Source: an uncultured bacterium (GTDB taxonomy: Bacteria; Patescibacteriota; Saccharimonadia; UBA4664). From it: a DNA stretch of 64,000 nt. Made by a program: the position numbers and the translations under genes. This document shows positions 55,061-64,000 of the stretch, piece by piece. The notes below the pieces were generated by a model. The model did no database searches and was not told the origin of the DNA. It saw nothing but the letters and a program-made list of their open reading frames with translations. The stretch is taken from positions 456,704-520,703 of the forward strand of contig CAVRET010000002.1 of assembly GCA_963720265.1 (NCBI GenBank). The letters are read 5' to 3'. The first letter of the stretch is position 1. Each line of letters opens with the position of its first letter.

Positions 55061-55468
55061 ACCGGTATCTGGCCGTGAAGCTGGGGTTTCACGCGAGGCA
55101 ACAGCCTGGGCCGCCACCGTCTGATACTGCTCAATCTTGGCCGTCAAATAGCTCACGAGCGCGTGCACTGCCACTGCCAAAAGCATGTAGATAAGCGCCG
55201 CAAACAATGCCGTTACGTCTAAATAGCCGGTGTCCGAAACCTTGTGGGTTGGGAACATATTCGCAAACGGATGACCGAACGCCTGCGCGCCGTTATAAAT
55301 GAATTTCACAAACGGTGTTGCGTAGTTAGCTCCAAATAGCAATAAGAAGAATGCGAAACCAAGATACAGTGTAGCGATAATGGCGATCGCATAAGCAAAA
55401 TACGACACGCCGCGGGCAAGCTTAAGCAACATTAGTTGGGACGATGGCACAGCTTGTGATTGTTGCAT
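54980..55468 (-). CDS. Hypothetical small membrane protein (uncertain)
   Basis: 2-3 TM helices. The 3' end overlaps the convergent permease gene by about 80 nt. Confidence 0.35.
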   Translation of the reverse strand: MQQSQAVPSSQLMLLKLARGVSYFAYAIAIIATLYLGFAFFLLLFGANYATPFVKFIYNGAQAFGHPFANMFPTHKVSDTGYLDVTALFAALIYMLLAVAVHALVSYLTAKIEQYQTVAAQAVASRETPASRPDTGSSLDAAEGDGTESHQQQRSATKHKQV

Positions 55469-55552
55469 AATGGTTCCTTTTCAATGGCTTACTGCGGCCT
55501 ACGGCCAGCTTGGCTTTATCGTACCACCACCACCCCGCCGGCGCATCGCAAT

Positions 55553-56038
55553 TTAAGCCTCACCAAAGGCCTCTTTAAGTTTGGTTTCTTGTTCATTCGA
55601 CAGCGATGTGTGGATAATCTCACCGTTAAATTTCTTGAGGTGCTCAATCGCCTTGTCCGCTTGGGCCGATCGCACGAGCAAGAATATTGCCGAGTTACCC
55701 GGCTTCACCTTCTCACCCACCTCTTTAATGAATTCATCATCAATACCAAAATCGGCAGCTTTACCGGCCAGCGCCCCAGTCGCTGCTCCCACTGCCAGAC
55801 CCAGCACCGGCACGAGGAACAAAATTCCAAACAACATTCCCCAAAACGCGCCACCCAGCGCGCCCTCGCCAACCAGGCTGCGCGCCTGCCGGATTTTCAC
55901 TTTGCCGCTCTGCGATCGTACCACCGTGGCGGCGTCGTCCAGCTCCAACAGCCCTTCGCGCTGGAGCTTGCCGACCTCGCCCATAAAGCCCTCGGCACTA
56001 CTCTCGTCCTTAAAATTGACGACAATCAAATTACTCAT
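55553..56038 (-). CDS. DUF1269-family membrane protein
   Basis: 'LIVVNFKDESSAEGFMGEVGKLQREGLLELDDAATVVRSQSGKVKI' plus a Gly-zipper TM 'GALGGAFWGMLFGILF...GLAVGAATGALAGK'. Start set at the Met with a GAGGAG Shine-Dalgarno 6 nt upstream. Confidence 0.7.
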   Translation of the reverse strand: MSNLIVVNFKDESSAEGFMGEVGKLQREGLLELDDAATVVRSQSGKVKIRQARSLVGEGALGGAFWGMLFGILFLVPVLGLAVGAATGALAGKAADFGIDDEFIKEVGEKVKPGNSAIFLLVRSAQADKAIEHLKKFNGEIIHTSLSNEQETKLKEAFGEA

Positions 56039-56214
56039 AGTCATCTCCTCGTTACCGTCCAATTTTGCGGTCTCGCGTGAAGTTTGGCTGTAATAAACCT
56101 CACAGCATGTCGATTCCTCCAAGAATTATGCCGATCCAAACGGAAAAAATGGGTCATTCAGTATTGATCGGCAAGCTCGATACAGCAAAACTTAAGGTAA
56201 GCGAAGGGCATACT

Positions 56215-56877
56215 ATGGCGGCAATAATCCCAGAGATCACAGCATTCTTTCAAGAACAGAATTTTGTGCGCAAATTCCACAAGGGCCAACTCATTTTCGC
56301 CCACGGCGAACCGTTCGATTACGTCTTTTTGGTCAACTCCGGCATGGTCAAAAACTATGACATCGACGACACCGGTACTGAGCGGACGCTCGCAATTTTT
56401 GGCCCCGGCAGCGTTTTCCCGCTCACCTGGCTAATTCGGCCCTGTCCCACCGAGTACCTATTTTATTATGAGGCTTTCAGCGACACCACCTGCTACCTTG
56501 CAAACGTTCGGACCTGCCTCAAGTTTGTGGAGGAGCATCCCGAAGTGCTCATCGGCGTGGCATCTGGCGTCGCCAGGGCCTATATTAATCTCGCCAACCA
56601 GGTCCGCAGCCTCGAACGGTCGCACATTCACGAACGACTTGAGTTCGTGCTCGCCACCTTGGCAGCACAGCTTGGCAAGTTCAACGACGCGGGCACTATC
56701 GCCGCTATCGACGCACCGATTACTCAGGAGGACATCTCAAAATTGGCTGGTGTCACGCGTGAGTCGATCTCACTCGAGCTAAATCGTGCCCGTGCCAAAT
56801 CCATGATTTGGAAAGATGGCCACCGCACCTACATCGATGTCAGCCGTTTACACACTGCCGACCAGCCGGCAGTGTGA
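56215..56877 (+). CDS. Crp/Fnr family transcriptional regulator
   Basis: cNMP-binding beta-roll (FHKGQLIFAHGEP...) and a C-terminal HTH (QEDISKLAGVTRESISLELN). Start at the internal Met. Confidence 0.8.
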   Translation: MAAIIPEITAFFQEQNFVRKFHKGQLIFAHGEPFDYVFLVNSGMVKNYDIDDTGTERTLAIFGPGSVFPLTWLIRPCPTEYLFYYEAFSDTTCYLANVRTCLKFVEEHPEVLIGVASGVARAYINLANQVRSLERSHIHERLEFVLATLAAQLGKFNDAGTIAAIDAPITQEDISKLAGVTRESISLELNRARAKSMIWKDGHRTYIDVSRLHTADQPAV

Positions 56878-56945
56878 AATTTATTGCATGGTTGCAATCG
56901 AGAACGGCGCATAATAGAGACTAACGGGTTAACGCGGGGACAACC

Positions 56946-58238
56946 ATGGCGGCATCCGAACCAGCAACTGAGGGCGGGCGTATCGAGGCAATTGAGCGCG
57001 AGCTCGCCGAGCTGCGCCACGAGAACACTGAGCTCAAAGCCAAGCTCGGCAAACGGCGTGTAGGGGGGCGCCAAATCGCGGCCGGTGTGTTGCTGATATT
57101 TGCGCTACTAGCGGTCTTGCCGGCTGAGATCCTGTTGTGGGCTAACCGCACCTTCATGAACACCGATAATTACGTTCAGACCGTGGCGCCGGTTATCCAC
57201 CAGCCGGCGGTTCAACAAGCTATTACCAAATATGCCACCGACAATCTTTTCGCAACCGTAAATATCCAGCAGGAAGTTGAGCAGTTTCTCCCCGCTCAGG
57301 CCCAACCACTAGCCGCACCAGTCGCCAGCCAAGTACAAGGCTACATAACGAAAGCAGCGGCCCGGCTGGTGGCCACTGACAAGTTTGCACAGCTGTGGGC
57401 AAACGTAAACCAGCGGGTCCAAACCCGCTTTGTCGCCATTGCCCAAAATCCCAATGCTAGCCCAAGTATAAACATCAACGATATTTATTCGTTTATCTCG
57501 CAAAACCTGTCCGGCACCGGTCTCGGATTTCTGGCTGGTCACCAACTGCCGCCAAAAGTCAGCCAAATCACCATCATCACTATCCCCGCCCTGTCCAAAA
57601 TCCCGTATTATGTGGCAACGTTTGACGACCTGCGCTGGTTGTTCGTCGGTCTGGCGGTTGGGCTGTCTGTGCTGGCACTCGCGGTGGCGACTCGCCGCCG
57701 CCGCATGGCCCTGTGGATCGGCGTCGGCTGGATGGCGGTAACGGTCTTCGGGGTAATCACGGTACGGCTTATCCGTAATGCACTGCTGGTAAATATCCCC
57801 GACACCACCTATCGTGCTGCCGCTAGCGATATTTGGCAGGCCTTGCTCAGGCCACTGTACGAGCAGGCCGTGGTGCTATTTGCGGCCGGAGCCATCATTG
57901 CCGCCGCCGCTTGGTTACTCGGGCCGACGGAGATAGCCGTTCGCTCGCGCGTTGGGTTGCAAGGCCTGCTGGCCCATTGGCGCACATCATTGTTCCCACA
58001 ACTCGAGACTGCCGGTTGGAATGTCGGCCTCCGCCGTCATCACAACCAGGCCCTATGGGTACTGTTACTCCTCACGCTGGGCGTTTTGCTGCTGTTAATC
58101 CCGCTCACCCTGCCTGAGCTAGTGATGGTGGCAGTCGGCGCCGCACTCGTATGGGTGGTGCTTGAATTTCTGGTTGCTAGGGCCGATCCCGGCTCTAACG
58201 CCGGGCCGCCGGTGACAGAAGCTGCCCCGCCACCGTAG
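56946..58238 (+). CDS. Hypothetical membrane protein with an N-terminal coiled coil
   Basis: 430 aa with several TM helices. Confidence 0.55.
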   Translation: MAASEPATEGGRIEAIERELAELRHENTELKAKLGKRRVGGRQIAAGVLLIFALLAVLPAEILLWANRTFMNTDNYVQTVAPVIHQPAVQQAITKYATDNLFATVNIQQEVEQFLPAQAQPLAAPVASQVQGYITKAAARLVATDKFAQLWANVNQRVQTRFVAIAQNPNASPSININDIYSFISQNLSGTGLGFLAGHQLPPKVSQITIITIPALSKIPYYVATFDDLRWLFVGLAVGLSVLALAVATRRRRMALWIGVGWMAVTVFGVITVRLIRNALLVNIPDTTYRAAASDIWQALLRPLYEQAVVLFAAGAIIAAAAWLLGPTEIAVRSRVGLQGLLAHWRTSLFPQLETAGWNVGLRRHHNQALWVLLLLTLGVLLLLIPLTLPELVMVAVGAALVWVVLEFLVARADPGSNAGPPVTEAAPPP

Positions 58239-58722
58239 CAAGTGCCTCGGGGTTCACAAAATCTTGTGCCAGTAACAGGCCGCCGGAATTTTTCACCGCG
58301 TCCTTGAGTGGTAATACCCAGACGTGTTCCACCAGCAACGCTAGCATTCCACCGCGCCGCGGAATGTCCTCGAGCACCGTCTGCAGCTCGCTGGCATGAA
58401 TGCCGTATGCATACTCGCAGTCAACCAGCATTGCCGAACCCAAAGCCTGTGCACTCGCATCCGCCACACTGTTGCCTTCAAGACCCAATAATCGTCGAAT
58501 GATTCCGCCAAACGCGTTCGCCCTGCCGGCCGGCAGATCACTAACCTCGATCGCCACAAAATCGTCATCAAGCGTTCGTGCCACAGCCAAGGCGTCGAGC
58601 ACATGAACAACCTTTTTTCGCTCCAAATTCGAAACGGCATGCCACAGGCTGCGATCAAACTGCAAGTTATCAAACGCCACGGCTAAAAATTGAATGGGCG
58701 CTACCCGCGGCTCGCTCTTCAT
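58195..58722 (-). CDS. Hypothetical protein. The N-terminal domain resembles the DUF1269-type soluble domain.
   Basis: 'IQFLAVAFDNLQFDRSLWHAVSNLERKKVVHVLDALAVARTLDDDFVAI' follows the same pattern as the 55553 gene's N-terminus. Confidence 0.45.
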   Translation of the reverse strand: MKSEPRVAPIQFLAVAFDNLQFDRSLWHAVSNLERKKVVHVLDALAVARTLDDDFVAIEVSDLPAGRANAFGGIIRRLLGLEGNSVADASAQALGSAMLVDCEYAYGIHASELQTVLEDIPRRGGMLALLVEHVWVLPLKDAVKNSGGLLLAQDFVNPEALATVAGQLLSPAARR

Positions 58723-58904
58723 GATACTGATCCTTCTATTGTGCCCAATCGTATTGCGATGGGACCGTGGCATCAGTGAAATTTATCACACCTAACGCTA
58801 ACCTGCTCCTCAATCAACCAATCCAGGTTGCTTAATTAGGGAACAGGGGAGACGGCGGCGTGAACCGCCGGCTCCCACGCTCTTGTTACTTGTGTTGCTC
58901 GCCA

Positions 58905-59975
58905 TCAGCCCACAGCGCACGCGGCCTGGGCGTGGAGCATGGCACCGATTGCACCTGCCCCGGACAGGTTGAGCGGCTGCCTGGGCCGGTTCACCACGTA
59001 CAGCGGCACGCTGTCTGCGACCTCCACGACGTCGTGGCGGTCCACGATGAACGGCTTGATCCGCCAGCAGGCGGACGTCTCCGTAGGCTTGCCGAACAGC
59101 TCGACAAAGTCGTTCACGGCCGGCGCACCGGCCAGTACGACGGCGCCGCACGTGGTCGACAGCGCACTGATGAGGTACCCGAGCTGCTCGCGGAAATAAG
59201 CGAACGCCTGCGTGAAGACCGGGTTGCCCGGACCCAGCTTGGCACGCTGGGCAATGAACTTAGCGCGGTCATGCCGAGGGGCCATGTCCAGTTCTCGCTC
59301 CGCGTCTTGCCAGCCGGAGCATCGGGTGGCGATCAGGGCTCGAGCGATGTTCTCTAGTCCCAACCCGGACACGTAGTCCTCGGCCACCAGGGCGTTGCCG
59401 AACTTCTTCACCAGCTCCTCGTCGATGTCCGGACGACTCCCGCGCCGGGCCCAGATGTGGCCCTGCTCGGTCCGCCGCGCCTTCTTGCCGTCGGTGATCG
59501 TGCCGATGCCGAGGCCCGTCCCGATCACCACGACATTGATGAAGCCGTGGCTGAGCAAGGGAGCCGTGGCGCCGTTGGCCTGGACATACTCGTCGTCGGT
59601 CAGCATGATGACGCCGGCGGCAGCGGCGAAGCCGTCGTTCACGACCGTTGCCGGCGCCTGGCAGCCGCCCATCCTCAGGCCGTTCTCGACCTCATCGGCC
59701 GCCAGCACGAAGCCGTCGCGGTTAGTGAAGACGGCCTTATTGTTTTCGACCGGGCCCGCCGCACTGATTACAACATAGTGGGGGAACGCATCGGTCAGTG
59801 TGAGACCGAGCCTCTGGACGAACCTGGTCGTTGCGGCGGTGTGTCGGCTGTGGACGAGCGAAACGTCGCCCTTGGCCCACATGCCAGTTAGGCTGTTCGT
59901 GGCGCCGGCGTCGCCGACACCGATGCGAGCACTACTGGCCGCGACCACCTCGCGGTCAATGGGCATGCTTTTCAT
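58905..59975 (-). CDS. Glucokinase/ROK-like sugar kinase
   Basis: 356 aa. 'ARIGVGDAGATN' phosphate-1-like motif and 'VVIGTGLGIGT' phosphate-2-like motif. Confidence 0.6.
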   Translation of the reverse strand: MKSMPIDREVVAASSARIGVGDAGATNSLTGMWAKGDVSLVHSRHTAATTRFVQRLGLTLTDAFPHYVVISAAGPVENNKAVFTNRDGFVLAADEVENGLRMGGCQAPATVVNDGFAAAAGVIMLTDDEYVQANGATAPLLSHGFINVVVIGTGLGIGTITDGKKARRTEQGHIWARRGSRPDIDEELVKKFGNALVAEDYVSGLGLENIARALIATRCSGWQDAERELDMAPRHDRAKFIAQRAKLGPGNPVFTQAFAYFREQLGYLISALSTTCGAVVLAGAPAVNDFVELFGKPTETSACWRIKPFIVDRHDVVEVADSVPLYVVNRPRQPLNLSGAGAIGAMLHAQAACAVG

Positions 59976-60173
59976 GACGACCTCCGTCGCCTATCGTAGT
60001 TGGCTGATTACTTGCGCCCTGCAAACCAAGCGCTATATCTAAACAACGCTCGCTTTGCAGTTCACAATATAATCGGCTCCACAAAGCCATAAAACACAAG
60101 TGAATTTCAAGAGCATCTAATCGAGCTCAAACTCAATTATGGTTATATATTTTATACCATTTAAGCTTAAAAG

Positions 60174-60734
60174 TCAATAGTCGATCGCCTTACGTGCCAA
60201 AATCCCGGCGTCATACGGATGCTTTACTTTTACCATCTCAGTCACGAGGTCTGCTCGCTCAATCAGCGCTGGCAAATCCTTGCCGCGGTGGCCCGTCAGC
60301 ACGAGGTCAACCTCCGGCGGCTTCGAGTCAATCAATGCAAGCACTGGCTCCAGCGGTAGCAGCCCGCCCGTCACGGTCCCAATAATCTCGTCCAGCACCA
60401 CTACATCGTACGCACCCGAGCTCACCTTGGCCTGCGCCAGCTCAAATGCGTCCCGTGCCGCCTCTACATGCTCAGTCTCCGGCAGTTTGTCGCCCAAGAT
60501 TTTATAGAATCCTTTGCCGGCCTGGATAAATTCCACATTGGGCAGTTGCTCAAACCCACCCTTTTCGCCGGTAAACCAGGTCTTCACAAATTGAATCACA
60601 AGCACGCGCTTACCGTACCCAGCCGCCCGCAGCGCCAGGCCCATGGCTGCCGTGGTTTTGCCCTTGCCATTGCCGGTGTATACCACCACCAGCCCCCGGT
60701 CTGATTCGCGTAACTCTTGTTCTGGCATTGCCAT
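60174..60734 (-). CDS. cobO: Cob(I)yrinic acid a,c-diamide / cob(I)alamin adenosyltransferase (CobA/CobO/BtuR family)
   Basis: 'GLVVVYTGNGKGKTTAAMGLALRAAGYGKRVLVIQF...VVLDEI' P-loop. Start at the internal 'MAMPEQ', with AGGA upstream. The long ORF-track N-terminal extension is not protein-like. Confidence 0.85.
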   Translation of the reverse strand: MAMPEQELRESDRGLVVVYTGNGKGKTTAAMGLALRAAGYGKRVLVIQFVKTWFTGEKGGFEQLPNVEFIQAGKGFYKILGDKLPETEHVEAARDAFELAQAKVSSGAYDVVVLDEIIGTVTGGLLPLEPVLALIDSKPPEVDLVLTGHRGKDLPALIERADLVTEMVKVKHPYDAGILARKAIDY

Positions 60735-60788
60735 TCCTGATAAAACAGATACGTCCAGTATAATGCGCTTCCGACGAAAAGAGGAAAC

Positions 60789-61454
60789 GTGCCACCTGAG
60801 CCTGGAAGTATCGAACAGCTGCGCGACTTGTTGGCTGCTGCCAACCTCACGATCGAGTCGGCCGCGCCCGACTGCCCACCGGCTAACAACCAGTCGCCGA
60901 GAAGCTACCTTATCGTAACCGACGACTTCGCTAAGGCTCGGCTCGTAGAAACCCTGCTGGAAGAATACGGCTTCTCGTACCACGATTACACCCGGGACGA
61001 AACCAGCTTTGTTCTGATGTATCAGCGCCCCGACGGTGGCCAGTTCGCCGTCAAGTACACTGGCAGCGAGCCTGTACGCTGGCAGATCCAGGGCAGAACA
61101 CGGCCGGACTTCCCCTGGAAGCCGTACGACCGGACGCTGCTCGCGTTCGAGCCCGGAAATCCCGATCCAGGCGACGACGACTACCTGTGGCGGCTGGGCC
61201 AACGCGCCTATCCCGACGAGGGCTGCTTGCGAGCGCGGCCAATGCTCCGCTACTTATCGCAACGCAGCGCAAACCGGCCGCCATCCAAACCCGGTGCCGG
61301 CGGTAATTGCTACCGCCGGCACCGGGAAGGTTTGCCTTTTAGGACTTATTTAACACTTACTAAAGCCGCAAATCTCGCATTTTTGGCAACCTTCCATGAA
61401 CCGCAAACTGGCATTGCCGCAATCCGGGCAAATGTCAGCCAGGTCGAGCGATGA
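60789..61454 (+). CDS. Hypothetical protein (uncertain)
   Basis: The first ~150 aa are protein-like. The last ~100 nt run antisense through the nrdJ 3' end. Confidence 0.3.
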   Translation: MPPEPGSIEQLRDLLAAANLTIESAAPDCPPANNQSPRSYLIVTDDFAKARLVETLLEEYGFSYHDYTRDETSFVLMYQRPDGGQFAVKYTGSEPVRWQIQGRTRPDFPWKPYDRTLLAFEPGNPDPGDDDYLWRLGQRAYPDEGCLRARPMLRYLSQRSANRPPSKPGAGGNCYRRHREGLPFRTYLTLTKAANLAFLATFHEPQTGIAAIRANVSQVER

Positions 61455-64000
61455 GCTAGTCGGCGCCTCCATAGTTGCTACGGCCGCCGCTTGCGGGGCT
61501 GCCGCCGCGGCCGCGCCGCCGTCCGCCGACTGCGTGAACACGCTCGCCATCGCGGTGGCCGCCGAAGCGCCGTCACCGCCGCCGGCCAAACTGCCTGCCG
61601 CCGCCATGCTCGCCAGCTGCGCCGCCTGGGCACCGCGAGCTTCACGCTCGCCGTTCTTCGCCATCTCGTGCTCGCGAATCGCTTTTGCCACTGCATCAGC
61701 CAAGCTCCGCACTCTAGCCTGGCCAAACCCGGCCGAGCTCGATCCCCCGATACCTGCTAATTGATCAACCACATTTTGCGCAATCCTATCACTCGAAAAC
61801 GGCGTCGGAATCCTAAACGTGAGCGAAATCAACCGCCCAATCGCCTCAGCGTCGGCCATGATGTCCGACCCAGCCCGGCCCAGGTGGATAAACACCTCGA
61901 AGATATTCCCGGCCTCGTCCTCATTAATCGACACAAAGCAGGTGCCAATCGGTGTGCGCACCATATACGTCTTACCGCTCAAAGCTTCCGGCCGCGGCTT
62001 CATTTCCACCGGTACACCGGCCAGTGCCTTATCGGCCTCGGTAGGAGCAGCCGCTTCACCGGCGATCGCCGCCGCGGCCGCATCGGTCATACCCGTACCA
62101 AAGTTGCTTGTCGAGCCCTTAAGCTGGTCGTAGTAGCTGCCCTCTTTCTTAGTCTCAAGAATCTGCTTCTCTCGGCTGCCGTCGCGGTAGATCGTAATAC
62201 CCTTGCAGCCTGTCTCATGCACTAAGAGGTAGGCGTCGCGAACATCCTGCACCGTGGCCTCGTTACTAAAGTTAATGGTCTTTGAAATGGCATTATCGGT
62301 GTAGCGCTGGAACGCTGCCTGCATGCGCACGTGCCACTGCGGCGTAATGTCGCCCGCCACCACAAACGTCTGCCTAAGGTCTTCCGGTAGTTCGTCCATA
62401 TCCTGGATCGAGCCTTTATTCTGCTGGATTCTTTCTAATAGCTCGTCGGTGTACAGGCCGCGATCACGCAAGGCCTTTTCAAAGTAGCGGTTGGTGTAGA
62501 ACATGCGCTTGCCCTCGATCGTGTTCTTGGCATAGGTGAGCGCAAACACCGGTTCGCAGCCTGAGTTGCAGTCGGCCAACATAGCCGTGGTACCGGTCGG
62601 CGCGATCGTGGTGCGGGCACCGTTGCGCGGCCTGATATCACCCGGCTTGTCGTAGATTGAGCCCCTAAAGGCCGGAAACACACCCCGTACCCGGGCCAGC
62701 TCAACACTCGCGTTGTCAGCCTCGGCCTGCACAAATTTCATCACCTTTTCGGCCGTCTCAATGCCTTCCGGTGTGTTGTAACCCACGCCCAGCTGCATCA
62801 GTGCATCGGCAAAGCCCATAATGCCCAGCCCAATGCGCCGGATCGCACGTGTGGTTTGCCGCACCTCTTCGATCGGGTACTCGTTCATATCAAGTACGTC
62901 GTCGAGGAAACGGGTCACATTGTGCACCGTATATTTAAGCTTCTTCCAGTCAAAATCAGTGCCCTGGGCGTTCACGTGCTTACCCAGATTCACCTGACCG
63001 AGCGTGCAGGCGTCGTAGGGCAAGAGCGGCTGCTCGCCGCACGGATTAGTGGCCTCGATCATGCCGAGATGCGGAGTTGGGTTGGCGCGCGAGTTGTTAA
63101 TCCGATCGATCAAAATCATGCCCGGGTCGCCATACTGCCAGGCTAGGCGCGTAATGAGGTCAAACATCTTCTTGGCATTGAGCCGGCCCTCTTCCTTGCC
63201 CGTCCGCGGGTTGATCAACGGATAGCCGTGGCTCGGGTCCACCTCGTCTACCCATTCGTGTAATCTCTTTACCACCGCGTCGAGCCGTACCAGCTTCAGG
63301 TCCTGGTCGCGCGTCTTAAGCGCCGCTTTAGCGTCGGCAATCACGTTCTCAAAATCAAACTCATCTTCGTAATCCGCCGGCAGCGCCGCCTCATCGCGCG
63401 CCAGAGCCGTAAAGAATTCCTCCTCCACGGTCATCGAAATGTTAAAGTTGGTCAGCGAAAACTCATCCACCTTATACACCGCAAACAGCAAAATGTCCGG
63501 GTGGTTGTAGTGCATAATGCCCATGTTGGCACCGCGCCGCACCCCGCCCTGGCGCACGTTCGAGGTCACGTCGTTATACATCTGCATAAACGCCACCGGC
63601 CCGGTCGTGGTACCGCCGGAACTTTGAATCACATCACCCTTGGGCCGCAAGCGCGAAAAACTAAATCCCGTCCCTCCGCCGCTCTTGTGAATTTTAGCCA
63701 TGTCCGTGGCCGACTTCAAAATGCCGTCAAGATTGTCTTCCACCGGCAGTACAAAACAGGCCGATAGCTGCTGCTGCGGCTTGCCGGCGTTGAGCATAGT
63801 GGGAGTATTGGCCACATATTCCTGCCTGGCGATCAGGCCGTAAAACTTCCGAGCCATCTCAATGTGGTCCCGCACCGGGTTTTCGCTGTACAGCCGCTCT
63901 GCCGTTGCAATGTTATATGCAATCCGCCACACCATCTGCCGGGGCGTCTCGATCGGCACGCCGTCCTTGTCGCGAAACGCGTAGCGCGTACGGCCGATGT
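61350..64000 (-). CDS. nrdJ: Adenosylcobalamin-dependent class II ribonucleotide reductase NrdJ; 5' end beyond the window
   Basis: Over 869 aa. '...SACFVLPVEDNLDGI...' class II active-site region, C-terminal Cys-rich tail 'CPDCGN...CQKCEICG'. The reading frame is open upstream of the first Met to the window edge. Confidence 0.9.
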   Translation of the reverse strand, partial: IGRTRYAFRDKDGVPIETPRQMVWRIAYNIATAERLYSENPVRDHIEMARKFYGLIARQEYVANTPTMLNAGKPQQQLSACFVLPVEDNLDGILKSATDMAKIHKSGGGTGFSFSRLRPKGDVIQSSGGTTTGPVAFMQMYNDVTSNVRQGGVRRGANMGIMHYNHPDILLFAVYKVDEFSLTNFNISMTVEEEFFTALARDEAALPADYEDEFDFENVIADAKAALKTRDQDLKLVRLDAVVKRLHEWVDEVDPSHGYPLINPRTGKEEGRLNAKKMFDLITRLAWQYGDPGMILIDRINNSRANPTPHLGMIEATNPCGEQPLLPYDACTLGQVNLGKHVNAQGTDFDWKKLKYTVHNVTRFLDDVLDMNEYPIEEVRQTTRAIRRIGLGIMGFADALMQLGVGYNTPEGIETAEKVMKFVQAEADNASVELARVRGVFPAFRGSIYDKPGDIRPRNGARTTIAPTGTTAMLADCNSGCEPVFALTYAKNTIEGKRMFYTNRYFEKALRDRGLYTDELLERIQQNKGSIQDMDELPEDLRQTFVVAGDITPQWHVRMQAAFQRYTDNAISKTINFSNEATVQDVRDAYLLVHETGCKGITIYRDGSREKQILETKKEGSYYDQLKGSTSNFGTGMTDAAAAAIAGEAAAPTEADKALAGVPVEMKPRPEALSGKTYMVRTPIGTCFVSINEDEAGNIFEVFIHLGRAGSDIMADAEAIGRLISLTFRIPTPFSSDRIAQNVVDQLAGIGGSSSAGFGQARVRSLADAVAKAIREHEMAKNGEREARGAQAAQLASMAAAGSLAGGGDGASAATAMASVFTQSADGGAAAAAAPQAAAVATMEAPTSSSLDLADICPDCGNASLRFMEGCQKCEICGFSKC

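Noticed and set aside
61396-62225. Plus-strand ORFs inside nrdJ (61396..61764, 61491..61760, 61761..62225)
   Set aside because: They are antisense to the highly conserved class II RNR and have R/A-rich composition.
1-64000. Stop-codon reassignment (TGA=Gly, as in some CPR lineages)
   Set aside because: Many well-supported genes (for example pilM, pilB, hup and the ABC ATPases) terminate at TGA, TAA or TAG at their expected lengths, and conserved domains show no internal in-frame TGA. The standard code fits.

Overview
This 64 kb window looks like it comes from a small-genome bacterium. By inference only, it may be CPR or Saccharibacteria-like, based on a type IV pilus cluster with giant pilins, a 135-aa TsaB, rny-ymdB-hup synteny, secreted cell-wall hydrolases and a B12-dependent class II RNR. 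No tools were run and no database matches are claimed; family assignments rest on motifs I recognise in the translations, and all GC statements are by eye.

From left to right the window contains:
- a partial divergent ORF, then ruvB;
- a minus-strand type IV pilus locus: pilB, pilC, a GC-rich foreign-looking insert, pilA, three prepilin-type minor or giant pilins, and pilM/N/O with a small trailing gene;
- a SWIM-NUDIX fusion, a GDE_C/GH63-like glycosidase with no canonical start codon, tsaE, tsaB, rny, ymdB and hup;
- two paralogous membrane-anchored proteins built as ricin-lectin plus a cell-wall-hydrolase-like domain, and several GC-rich secreted hypotheticals;
- a tRNA cluster: Arg-TCT, Gly-TCC, a G/N/Y-rich secreted repeat protein, Pro-TGG and His-GTG.

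A roughly 10 kb integrative element sits directly 3' of tRNA-His. It carries a large serine recombinase, phage-like small genes (SpoVG-like, DUF5659-like, a terminase-small-like HTH protein), and two candidate defence modules. The first is a coupled three-gene minus-strand operon: an HNH nuclease, a membrane zinc-ribbon protein, and a coiled-coil protein with an Mrr-type restriction-endonuclease domain. The second is a divergent, translationally coupled pair whose second gene is DUF3644-like.

The element is followed by three to four imperfect ~80-bp direct repeats that each end in the tRNA-His 3' core 'ctcgcccca'. These repeats bound one-gene, GC-rich cassettes, giving an integron-like or tandem-satellite arrangement, followed by a HEPN (SAV_6107-like) gene and membrane proteins.

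The right third of the window is ordinary accessory and housekeeping content: GNAT, MarR, VOC, DUF1801 and DUF2255 genes, two ABC-2 exporter pairs, VKOR, PadR plus an ABC exporter, DUF1269, Crp/Fnr, a sugar kinase, cob(I)alamin adenosyltransferase, and nrdJ (class II RNR) running off the window edge.

No rRNA or CRISPR array was seen.
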